Positions 50,223-58,288 of a stretch of DNA of 64,000 nucleotides are shown here, one piece after another. The notes beneath the pieces were generated by a model. That model saw only the letters and a program-made list of their open reading frames with translations, was not told the origin of the DNA and made no database searches. The position numbers and the translations under genes are program-made. Position 1 is the stretch's first letter. The number at the start of each line of letters is the position of its first letter. This DNA is from Methanocellales archaeon (GTDB taxonomy: Archaea; Halobacteriota; UBA148; JAUWXC01). The DNA is taken from NCBI GenBank assembly GCA_030610945.1, contig JAUWQV010000001.1, forward strand, positions 124,246 through 188,245, read 5' to 3'.

Positions 50223-50240
50223 GCAAACAAAAGGTTTTAT

Positions 50241-50268
50241 ATCTGTGTGCACATATGTGTGCACAGAT
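50241..50268. promoter_or_regulatory. Palindromic operator of the VapB-VapC operon
   Basis: ATCTGTGTGCACATATGTGTGCACAGAT between TATA and ATG; contains TGTGCACA twice. Confidence 0.65.
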
Positions 50269-50273
50269 TAAAG

Positions 50274-50495
50274 ATGACCAAGACCATTTCGCTGTCCGAT
50301 GAGGCGTATGATATACTGAAGAGGATGAAAACAGGAAAGGAGAGCTTCTCGGACACCATCAAGAAGCTAGCCGGAAGAGGGAAGTTGAGCGAGGTTCTTG
50401 ACCTCTACCCGGAGATAATGGATAAAGAGTACGAGAAATCAGCCAAGGAGTTAAGAAAGAAGATAGACGCCAAGCTGAAGGACATGGGACTATGA
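50274..50495 (+). CDS. VapB-family (DUF217-like) antitoxin
   Basis: MTKTISLSDEAY..L...K...ESFSD.I. Confidence 0.9.
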   Translation: MTKTISLSDEAYDILKRMKTGKESFSDTIKKLAGRGKLSEVLDLYPEIMDKEYEKSAKELRKKIDAKLKDMGL

Positions 50496-50899
50496 AGTGC
50501 CTTGACACGACGTACTTTGTCGATTTAATCAGAAAACCGTCCGCCATCAGGGACATAACGATGAGATTGGATGAGGAGGATAGGTGCGCCACGACCGTTT
50601 TTAACGTCTATGAGGCACTGTTTGGAAGTTATGCGGTGGATGATGAAAAGGGCGAGAAGATACGAGAGAAGATAAGCAAAGCCGCCAGCAGGCTGGAAGT
50701 CCTGGAATTCCGTTATGTGGATGCATTGAAGGCAGCCGAGATAGGCGGAGCATTGCTTAAAAAGAAAAAAAGAGTCGGTGCAGATGCCATCACGGCTGCG
50801 ATCGCAATAAACAACGGCTGCGAGGCGGTTGTCACGAGAAACAAGAAGCATTTTGGGTGGATAAAAGACCTAACCGGCTTGGAAGTTGAGACATACTAG
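50492..50899 (+). CDS. vapC: VapC PIN toxin
   Basis: LDTTYFVD, YE, DAITAA, VTRNKKHF. Confidence 0.9.
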   Translation: MKCLDTTYFVDLIRKPSAIRDITMRLDEEDRCATTVFNVYEALFGSYAVDDEKGEKIREKISKAASRLEVLEFRYVDALKAAEIGGALLKKKKRVGADAITAAIAINNGCEAVVTRNKKHFGWIKDLTGLEVETY

Positions 50900-50949
50900 T
50901 CAAGGTTCCAAAACCTTAAAACGTTTGCACGAAAGATTTTTATATTGTG

Positions 50950-50967
50950 AATTCCCAAATGGGAATT
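50950..50967. promoter_or_regulatory. Inverted repeat operator
   Basis: AATTCCCA-aa-TGGGAATT between TATA and the AbrB start. Confidence 0.6.
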
Positions 50968-50976
50968 GTGATTAGT

Positions 50977-51204
50977 ATGGAAGCGAAGATGCATTCCGGA
51001 AAATTGTACATACCGAAGAGATTTCTCAAGGCATTGAACATCCAACCCAACTCTGAGATTGAGGTTGAATTAGAGAACGATCATATAGTCATCAGACCAA
51101 GCGTAGGGGTGGATAAAGGAGCTAAGAGATTGTTAGAGTTACTAAAAAATCCGCCATATGGATTGGCAGAGGATAAGGAGTACTCATATGAGGATATTGA
51201 TTGA
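50977..51204 (+). CDS. AbrB/MazE antitoxin
   Basis: GKLYIPK..L..LNI...E.E.ELE..HIVIRP. Confidence 0.85.
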   Translation: MEAKMHSGKLYIPKRFLKALNIQPNSEIEVELENDHIVIRPSVGVDKGAKRLLELLKNPPYGLAEDKEYSYEDID

Positions 51205-51661
51205 TACTGAAATATGGGCGTATGCGTACAAGAAGCCAAAGAAGGACTGGTTCGAGAGTGAAAAGGAGTATGAGAAGCAGATATCTTTGCATGAACGTGC
51301 AGGGGAGTTTGTGAAGGATAAGCTCATGAATGATGTTATATTCATGTCGCATCAAGAGATCGCAGAGATATGGCATGTTTTAACCATGCGAGGGAGAGGG
51401 ATATCAGGGGATGTGGCGTATGATATCATCAAAGCCCTACTTGACACAAGCACCGTGATTCAAGTGGGAATTACAAAAAGCGATGTTACCAGGGCTATTG
51501 AGCTCAGCAGGGAAACGAAAATACATATATGGGACTTTCTAGTGGTTCTTCCGTGCGAACAATTAGATAGGATTTATACAATGGATGAGCATTTCAGGCA
51601 CAAAGCCTTTCAAGAGATTGCCCCAGTTGAGAACCCGCTGGGCGTGTGGTTAACGATGTGA
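51188..51661 (+). CDS. vapC: VapC PIN toxin
   Basis: ILIDTEIWAYA, AEIWH, HIWD, TMDEHF. Confidence 0.85.
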   Translation: MRILIDTEIWAYAYKKPKKDWFESEKEYEKQISLHERAGEFVKDKLMNDVIFMSHQEIAEIWHVLTMRGRGISGDVAYDIIKALLDTSTVIQVGITKSDVTRAIELSRETKIHIWDFLVVLPCEQLDRIYTMDEHFRHKAFQEIAPVENPLGVWLTM

Positions 51662-51676
51662 AGATGTCACGGCGAG

Positions 51677-52084
51677 CTACTTCTCAAGCCTGACGATGTC
51701 ATCGAATTTATCATAGTGAGTATCAAGCGAGTAAATCTCCTTTATCCTCATCTTCCGCATGGTTAAAATGTGATGTGCATCTATGAAGTCAATATCGTAT
51801 TTATCGTAAAGTTCCAGGATCTTATCTGACATAGCGTGATTTTCCGCCCCGATCAATTTCAAGCCACTGCAACCTAAAAATGCTGAGAGGTACTCCCTTA
51901 TCTCGTTTTTGGGCTTTTTGGCTCTCTCAAGGACGTGTGCGATCTCTGCCAGTGTAAATATCGTCGTGACGGCTTTCTCCCTTCCATCCGATATCCTCAG
52001 CATTATTTCTCGCATATCGTCGAGCTTCGCCTTTGGCGCCCTGAGCATAACACCAAGCGGAATAGAAGCATCGAGATATCTCAT
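51677..52084 (-). CDS. vapC: VapC PIN toxin
   Basis: MRYLDAS, AE, FIDA, YSLDTHYD. Confidence 0.88.
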   Translation of the reverse strand: MRYLDASIPLGVMLRAPKAKLDDMREIMLRISDGREKAVTTIFTLAEIAHVLERAKKPKNEIREYLSAFLGCSGLKLIGAENHAMSDKILELYDKYDIDFIDAHHILTMRKMRIKEIYSLDTHYDKFDDIVRLEK

Positions 52085-52314
52085 TCTTCCTCGCGCTCCG
52101 CGGTATGAGCAAAAGCCTCGTGCATGAGCTTCACAGGATCGTCTGCAAAGCCCTCTAAACACCCTTCACATACCTCAACGAAGTTTTTCTTATGTCTGAC
52201 CAGTTTTATCTCGCAGGCTATCTCATCTTTTGGCCCTATGTTCTGTTCATCCCGTACCTCAGCAGGAATTAGTATCCTGCCCTTATCGTCCACGGTTCCC
52301 ACAAATTCATCCAT
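52081..52314 (-). CDS. AbrB/MazE antitoxin
   Basis: VDDKGRILIPAEVR; ATG at 52314. Confidence 0.85.
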   Translation of the reverse strand: MDEFVGTVDDKGRILIPAEVRDEQNIGPKDEIACEIKLVRHKKNFVEVCEGCLEGFADDPVKLMHEAFAHTAEREEE

Positions 52315-52339
52315 ATTTCCCACTATAGAAATATTCATA

Positions 52340-52409
52340 TTTAAAACTTTTGTGGTTCTTTTGTGGTTATTCGCTATGTTTCTCTGATTTTCTAAAAATC
52401 GTCGATTTT
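52340..52409. repeat. ~60-bp direct repeat R2
   Basis: See R1; includes an internal CTTTTGTGGTT duplication. Confidence 0.85.
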
Positions 52410-52488
52410 GGTGGTTGAGGAGTAGTTTTGCCGTTTGAGGTGAACGAAAGGGACATAATGGCGAAGTGCAACCCCTCATGACCACAAA

Positions 52489-53190
52489 TTACAATTTCTC
52501 CGCTATCTTTTCAAGAAGTTCAACCGCTCGATTTTGGCCCTTCACCAGTGAATCCTGGCCCACTATCATTTTATCTTGACCTTTTACCAGTGAATTCTGC
52601 CCTTCTATTAATGACGTCTGACCCTCTGTTAATGAATCCAGACTTTGTATCATTTTATCTTGGCCCTTGACCAGTGAATCTTGACCTTCTATTATTTTAT
52701 CTTGCCCTTCTGTTAATGAATCCAGACTTTGTATCATTTTATCTTGGCCCTTGACCAACACATCTTGACCCTCCGTCAACGAATCCAGACTTTGTATCAT
52801 TTTATCTTGGCCTTCTGATAGGGCTTCTGTGTTCCTCTCGATCCCCTGAATCGATTTAACCCCAACATCGAGTTTTCTTCCAATATCGCTCAATTCGTCT
52901 GTAGGTGCCTTGAAAAATACTGAGGGCAAGTCCACTTTGTAGGATATTTCTTCCTGATTTACTTCATCTATTGCGGCTCCAACATTCGCACATTTATCCC
53001 TAAGTTCCTTTATTAGATTTTTAACTGAAGGGGCTGCCCCACCGCAGACAATCTTTACGGTGCCGTCAATATCGTTATAAACCATACCTCTGATGTTAAG
53101 GCTTTTAGCAATATTTTCAACCAGATTCCTGAATCCTATATCTTGAACCCTGCCTTTTATCTGGATGTTGTAGTTTTTGTAGACTTGCAT
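52489..53190 (-). CDS. Acylphosphatase domain fused to heptad-repeat coiled coil
   Basis: GRVQDIGFR plus VYN..DGTV acylphosphatase motifs; 14 heptads of the GQDxxxx/SLDSLTE type. Confidence 0.85.
   Translation of the reverse strand: MQVYKNYNIQIKGRVQDIGFRNLVENIAKSLNIRGMVYNDIDGTVKIVCGGAAPSVKNLIKELRDKCANVGAAIDEVNQEEISYKVDLPSVFFKAPTDELSDIGRKLDVGVKSIQGIERNTEALSEGQDKMIQSLDSLTEGQDVLVKGQDKMIQSLDSLTEGQDKIIEGQDSLVKGQDKMIQSLDSLTEGQTSLIEGQNSLVKGQDKMIVGQDSLVKGQNRAVELLEKIAEKL
52519..52812 (-). repeat. 21-bp-unit coding tandem repeat (14 units)
   Basis: Recurrent GAATCCAGACTTTGTATCATTTTATCTTGGCC on the + strand. Confidence 0.85.
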
Positions 53191-53235
53191 CGTATTTTAC
53201 TTCCCCTTGGTTAGACATCTTATGGAATAACGCCC

Positions 53236-53294
53236 TTTTAAATCTTTTGTGGTTATTACCCTGTTCCTCTGATTTTCTAAAAATCGTCGATTTT
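53236..53294. repeat. ~60-bp direct repeat R3
   Basis: See R1. Confidence 0.85.
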
Positions 53295-53347
53295 TATAGG
53301 TAGTCCACGTTTATATATCGTGTCATAATATTACCGATAGTGGTAAG

Positions 53348-53578
53348 ATGAAATTAAAGGTCGTCTTAGAACCTGCAGAAGAGGGAGGATACACTGTATA
53401 CGTACCTTCACTTCCTGGTTGTATTTCTGAGGGAGATTCACGAGAGGAGGCACTAGAGAATATCAAAGAAGCGATATCCCTTTACTTAGAGCCTGATGAA
53501 GAAAAACTAGCACTAAAACAAAAAGGTATGCAGGTGTATATGAGATTGCTATATGAAACTTCCAGTATAGATGTCTAG
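53348..53578 (+). CDS. hicB: HicB-family antitoxin (C-terminus probably frameshifted; hicA reduced to MKLPV*)
   Basis: EEGGYTVYVPSLPGCISEGDS.EEALENIKEAI.LYLE. Confidence 0.9.
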   Translation: MKLKVVLEPAEEGGYTVYVPSLPGCISEGDSREEALENIKEAISLYLEPDEEKLALKQKGMQVYMRLLYETSSIDV

Positions 53579-53622
53579 ATGCTTTGTTGTCGAGTGCAAC
53601 TCTTCACAGGTGTGATGTGGAG

Positions 53623-54030
53623 TTAGGATATTTCCCCTGGTAACTTTACCTCGATTTCTGCTATTTTTCTAAACATTTCATCCCTCGTAACCAAGACACA
53701 TCTGTGAACTTTGCATGTAGAGGCGATCATCGCATCTGGAAGTCTCGCCTTATATTTGGCTCTGATTATTGCTGCTTCTTTCGCGATGTACAGGTCTACA
53801 TCGATGATCGTGAAGTTGTTAATAGCCCTTATGTCTACGAGAAATCTTTCTCCTTTTTTGATTTCCCCTCTGGAGTGGAAGCCGCTCAGAATCTCTGCTA
53901 CGCAGATCACAGAGGTGAATCCAACATGTTTTCCCCCATGAATGTTTTCGAATAGTCTCTTCGCTAGTTGATAATTTTCTTCTTCGTTCAGAATGCTCAG
54001 GAAGATGTTGGTGTCTATAAATAGCCTCAT
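53623..54030 (-). CDS. vapC: VapC PIN toxin
   Basis: FIDTNIF, AE, LPDAMIAST, LVTRD. Confidence 0.9.
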   Translation of the reverse strand: MRLFIDTNIFLSILNEEENYQLAKRLFENIHGGKHVGFTSVICVAEILSGFHSRGEIKKGERFLVDIRAINNFTIIDVDLYIAKEAAIIRAKYKARLPDAMIASTCKVHRCVLVTRDEMFRKIAEIEVKLPGEIS

Positions 54031-54034
54031 GCGA

Positions 54035-54289
54035 TTACTTCTCTCGTTCTTTGCCTGTTCTGTGCTCCCATTCATCCCTCATTTGCATCTGGTACTCCAG
54101 ACTCTTTCCAAATATACCCTTCCCCAGTCCAACAAGGTCTGCTATTGGATTCTTTGGAGCTTTCTTCAACACGATCTTCTCGTCTTCAATTTCGAATACC
54201 ACTTTTTCCCCTGTCTTGATATCCAGCAGTCTTCTCAGCCGTTGAGGGATGGTAACCTGTCCTTTTTTGGTGATTTTGCTACACTCCAT
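54035..54289 (-). CDS. AbrB/MazE antitoxin
   Basis: KITKKGQVTIP; operator GTATTAC-N6-GTAATAC upstream. Confidence 0.9.
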   Translation of the reverse strand: MECSKITKKGQVTIPQRLRRLLDIKTGEKVVFEIEDEKIVLKKAPKNPIADLVGLGKGIFGKSLEYQMQMRDEWEHRTGKEREK

Positions 54290-54436
54290 GATATGGTATT
54301 ACTATTTGGTAATACTTAAGAGTTTTGGCGTGTTATATGGTAGTGAACAAAACTCGTAAACACTCTTATCGAAAATACTTGCGTGTGCTGAGGTGACATC
54401 CTCCCATGATTGAAATCATGGGCATCGGTTCTTGAT

Positions 54437-55636
54437 TTATGAAGGAACGACATTGGTGCTCCTCCATATCAACGGGCCTGCCACAGACCCAATACTCCTT
54501 GAGATGTTGTTCTCTCGGAGATACCTTTTCAGGATGTTCAACGCTCCGTTCACGTCTGCGTTCATCTCGTTACCGCATTTGCACCGATAAAGACCCCTGT
54601 GCTTCCTGTTTGATTTCCTGACCAAACCGCACACAGAACAGGTCTTGCTCGTATCTCGCTCGCTGACTTTAACGAATCGTATGCCAGATAGCTTGGCTTT
54701 GTACTCTATCTGGATCAGGAGCTTGGCAAATCCCCACGAATGTAGCTTCTGGTTACCTCTTTTTCCCCAATTTTTATCCTTTCGTATGTTCTTTATATCA
54801 CCCACGACTATCGTTCCTATCTTGTTTCTCTCTGCTTGTTCTATCACCTTTTTTGTGGCCGTATGGATTATTTGGCTGATTTGCGTCTTTTTCCTCCGAT
54901 GCATTCTGGTTACGCTCTTACATCCCTTTTTGTCATGCTGCTCCATCGTCTTGCTCTGGACTTTGGCCGTCTCTTTGTTGAAGTAATGCTGAACCGCCAG
55001 TGCTTGTCCGCCCGAGTAAATCTTTGATTGACCGTTTGTATCAACTGTTGCCATCAAATTGATTATTCCAACATCAACAGCCATTATGTCGGGATATTCT
55101 TTCAATCTCCTCTCTGGGATTTCGTAAACAATATGAGCCATCCACTTGCCGTTTTGATATAGCACATTGCACATCTTGGGCATGCCTTTGATGTCCCTCC
55201 ACATCTTGATTTCAAAGGTAAGCTTATCAATGCCATTCTCTTTTTTGAATTTCCTTGACATTGAGAGGGCGATTTCACCATCAGATATTGAGAACTGCTG
55301 ATAAAACGTCAGCGGGCTTAACCTATCCTTCTTGCGAAACATCGGAGGTCTCGCATCCTCGTCGGCCTTTCGCAATTTGAACCACGAAACGTAGTTATCC
55401 TGTAGGTTTTTTACGACCGCTTGTGCTGTCTGGGATGGCAATAACTTGTACCAGTGATTGTCTTTCAAGGTCTTCTTTTGGTCGTACCAGCTCGGTATCT
55501 TGCCCGTTTTATCCCACTGCTCCCTTCTCATCCAGTTGTCAGTATTGTAGAGCTTGGTCGCATAGAAGGCAAGCTTCTTGAGACACTCTTCCTGCTCTAG
55601 CGTTGAATTCAGTCGGTATTTTACACATAGCTTCAT
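54437..55636 (-). CDS. tnpB: TnpB RNA-guided endonuclease
   Basis: AVDVG, TSKTCSVCG...CKCG, NADVNGA; ATG at 55636 overlaps the tnpA stop. Confidence 0.93.
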   Translation of the reverse strand: MKLCVKYRLNSTLEQEECLKKLAFYATKLYNTDNWMRREQWDKTGKIPSWYDQKKTLKDNHWYKLLPSQTAQAVVKNLQDNYVSWFKLRKADEDARPPMFRKKDRLSPLTFYQQFSISDGEIALSMSRKFKKENGIDKLTFEIKMWRDIKGMPKMCNVLYQNGKWMAHIVYEIPERRLKEYPDIMAVDVGIINLMATVDTNGQSKIYSGGQALAVQHYFNKETAKVQSKTMEQHDKKGCKSVTRMHRRKKTQISQIIHTATKKVIEQAERNKIGTIVVGDIKNIRKDKNWGKRGNQKLHSWGFAKLLIQIEYKAKLSGIRFVKVSERDTSKTCSVCGLVRKSNRKHRGLYRCKCGNEMNADVNGALNILKRYLRENNISRSIGSVAGPLIWRSTNVVPS

Positions 55637-56067
55637 GTTCGTACCTTTTGAGATTCGATATATCTCTGAATCACGTCTTTTGTCACGTCGCCCATCGTCC
55701 CGCAGTAGTAGCTCGGATTCCAGAGATGCCCTCTCCACATTTGGTTTTTCACAACAGGAAATCTCTCAAACGTGAACTTCGCAGTAATGCCTTTAAATAT
55801 CTTCACTATTTGAGATGGTGAAAACTTTGGATGTGCTGTTATGAACAAGTGGACATGGTCTGGCATTACCTCTTGCTCCCTCAGTAAGATGCCTTTATCC
55901 TCGGCGATTTGTTCGTGTAATTGCATCAAATACTCCTTCACCTCTCCCGTCAATACCTTCCTTCGGTACTTTGTCGACCACACCATATGATAGTTGATAT
56001 TATACACACAACCCCTTGCACTTACCCAGTGTTCTTGTTTTGCCATCAAGACACATATGGTTACCAT
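55633..56067 (-). CDS. tnpA: IS200-type Y1 transposase
   Basis: YHMVWSTKYRR, DHVH (HUH), LWNPSY, YIESQ. Confidence 0.96.
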   Translation of the reverse strand: MVTICVLMAKQEHWVSARGCVYNINYHMVWSTKYRRKVLTGEVKEYLMQLHEQIAEDKGILLREQEVMPDHVHLFITAHPKFSPSQIVKIFKGITAKFTFERFPVVKNQMWRGHLWNPSYYCGTMGDVTKDVIQRYIESQKVRT

Positions 56068-56195
56068 ATGCCATATACTTTACGGGCTGTATCCCACGAC
56101 TGAAGTCGTAGGGATTAGCCCTGATTTTTTCCTAACTGAAAGTGCGTTAATAACCAATGACTTAAGATTGCATGAGATTGTAAAAGACAGTCGAC

Positions 56196-57014
56196 CTACA
56201 GCCTTTCCCATCGTCTCTTCTGATACACCACGACTGCTATGATGAGGATTGCAATTATAATCCCTGCATAAATCAGGCGGCTTGTCAAGACCTGGTGCCC
56301 GGAGGCACCTCTTGCGCTATCATACGCCCTCACCGCATTATCGTAGGCGTTATTAGCGGCTGCAATCGACTCGTTCATCTGTCCTAGGGCATAAAAGCTC
56401 TCGCTCGTGTTGTAGTCAGTTTTTGCCCTTTGAAGATGTTCTTCCGCTTCAGCAACGTCTGCTCCCGCATCTTTAGCATCTACAATAACACCCTCGACCT
56501 CTACAATCTTGCTCCATGCCCTATCTTTTGCACTCCGCGCCTCGTCAATGAGCCCGCTCGTCACATATCTCGTAATCGTATGTATGGTGGCTTTAGGAGG
56601 AGGATCTGTCTGCGTTGCCTCTATCAAAACGATTGCCACCTTAACACCAACCGAGGGAGCGTTGCCGCTTAACTTGATCGTTACGGTATTGTAGTCATGA
56701 TGGTCGAACACGAAACTAAATTTGCTCCCGGTATACGTCTCGGGCGCCTCATCATCCATGATGATGTTCCAGACGGGGTTTACCAACTCCGTTCGCAGCT
56801 CAAGCCTCGTTGCCCCTTCTAGACTCGGGGTCGTTTCCTTCAGAACGAGTTGTGTGAACACATCTCCGTCGACAATCAAATCACCGCTCGGCGTGACAGT
56901 CTCGGACTTAAACTCGAAATTGGTCTCCGCGAGAACGGGTGTCGCGAGGGAGAGTAAAATCAGGACCGCTAATGCGAATGCACCCAATCTAGCGCCTCTC
57001 ATCATATACCTCAC
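56196..57014 (-). CDS. Secreted protein with helical domain and C-terminal TM anchor
   Basis: Signal peptide, Ala-rich helices (GADVAEAEEHL..A), TM followed by KRRWERL; 3 bp after cetZ. Confidence 0.75.
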   Translation of the reverse strand: MRYMMRGARLGAFALAVLILLSLATPVLAETNFEFKSETVTPSGDLIVDGDVFTQLVLKETTPSLEGATRLELRTELVNPVWNIIMDDEAPETYTGSKFSFVFDHHDYNTVTIKLSGNAPSVGVKVAIVLIEATQTDPPPKATIHTITRYVTSGLIDEARSAKDRAWSKIVEVEGVIVDAKDAGADVAEAEEHLQRAKTDYNTSESFYALGQMNESIAAANNAYDNAVRAYDSARGASGHQVLTSRLIYAGIIIAILIIAVVVYQKRRWERL

Positions 57015-57017
57015 CAG

Positions 57018-58196
57018 TTAGAACAACGGCCTAAGCGATTCGTCCGTATCCATCAATTTATCGTACTTCTTGCCACTCTTGCTGGCAACCTCTTTAATGC
57101 TATCCTGCGCATCAACCGCAAGTTTCTGCAATTCCTTAACCCTTGGAATCTCAGACACGCCAGACAAAAGGACCACGGCAGCCACGTACCTGCTGTTAGG
57201 AATGGGATAATCGCCGCCCCTGACCTCTGTGCCGTCTATCATATCCTCGATCCACACCTTTGCCCGGTCTATCCCCTTCCTGTTCAACTCGCCTGGAGGG
57301 CCTGCCAGTAACACCAGGGCCCTTTCAGCAGACCCGACGTCGCACTGCAGCGTTAATCGACCCATAACCGCTCTTCGCACCAAGGATGTTATTCGTGTGG
57401 TAGCGTCAAGCGTCTCTATAGATACCTTTTTCCGTTTGAATAAACTAGAGATTATATTAGAGAAGGTACCGCTTTTGAGGGGCAACTCCTCCCTTGCATA
57501 ACCAATCACCGAGATGCCTCCGCCTTTTAATGTGTTGATTATTTCGGAGGTGTCAACAACCAACTGGCCCACGCCGCTTCTCTCAAGCCTTTCGCCCGCA
57601 CCAATGAGGATACCGAATCGCCTCACGACCTCGTCATTCATAGATGCATAAGCGTCCTCAAGCGTCTCGCCTCCCTTCTTCCACAACTCATTATCGAACA
57701 AGAAGAGATTGTCGACTTCTTTCGCCAGTGTCATGAAACTCCTGGCTGCGTTCAGGGTGTAGAGCCCACCCTCCTCCTTTGCCGGTAAAAGCCCAAGGGC
57801 ATAGACGGGTTCGCTATACAGTGTTTTTAATCTGCGCGCCAGGACGGGTGCGCCACCAGAGCCGGTACCGCCACCCAGCCCGGCAACAATTAGAAATGCA
57901 TCAATTTTATGTGTTCCCCTCTTATCAATGGCACTCTGCATAGTATAGATTTCATCAGTGGCTATTTTTGCACCAAGTTCGTTGTCTGCCCCTACGCCAT
58001 GGCCTTTCACAATAGATTGTCCTATTAATACCCTATCTTCCATAGGTATATTCTTTAAACCCATGAGGTCTGCCTTAGCCGTGTTGATACACATCGCCCT
58101 TTCAATGCTATGCTGACCCGTTCGCTTATCATACTCCACAAAAAGGTCTGCTATCCTTCCGCCTGCTTGTCCATAACCGATTACGAACAGTTTCAT
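57018..58196 (-). CDS. cetZ: CetZ tubulin/FtsZ-family protein
   Basis: IGYGQAGGRIAD, GHGVGADN, GGGTGSG, FDN; no N-terminal FtsZ extension. Confidence 0.9.
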   Translation of the reverse strand: MKLFVIGYGQAGGRIADLFVEYDKRTGQHSIERAMCINTAKADLMGLKNIPMEDRVLIGQSIVKGHGVGADNELGAKIATDEIYTMQSAIDKRGTHKIDAFLIVAGLGGGTGSGGAPVLARRLKTLYSEPVYALGLLPAKEEGGLYTLNAARSFMTLAKEVDNLFLFDNELWKKGGETLEDAYASMNDEVVRRFGILIGAGERLERSGVGQLVVDTSEIINTLKGGGISVIGYAREELPLKSGTFSNIISSLFKRKKVSIETLDATTRITSLVRRAVMGRLTLQCDVGSAERALVLLAGPPGELNRKGIDRAKVWIEDMIDGTEVRGGDYPIPNSRYVAAVVLLSGVSEIPRVKELQKLAVDAQDSIKEVASKSGKKYDKLMDTDESLRPLF

Positions 58197-58288
58197 TTAT
58201 ATCCTCTCACTAATTGTAAGTCTACCATCTCTTTTTAACTGCTAATTATGGATATAGATAGGATATACCACCCTATATAAATGTATTT

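Larger units (their letters stand above)
54393..56131 (-). mobile_element. IS200/IS605 family element (tnpA + tnpB)
   Basis: Left-end hairpin 56084-56121 (ATCCCACGAC-TGAA-GTCGTAGGGAT), right-end hairpin CCCATGATT-GA-AATCATGGG (54403-54422), right end TCAC on the minus strand; TTAG just outside the presumed left end. Exact left boundary is inferred. Confidence 0.88.

Noticed and set aside
41044..54289. Classical integron cassette array
   Set aside because: No tyrosine integrase in the window, mixed gene orientations, and hairpins run GTT...AAC rather than the attC order RYYYAAC...GTTRRRY.
55637..55738. TnpB N-terminal extension
   Set aside because: Lies within tnpA; the ATGA overlap at 55636 is the natural start.
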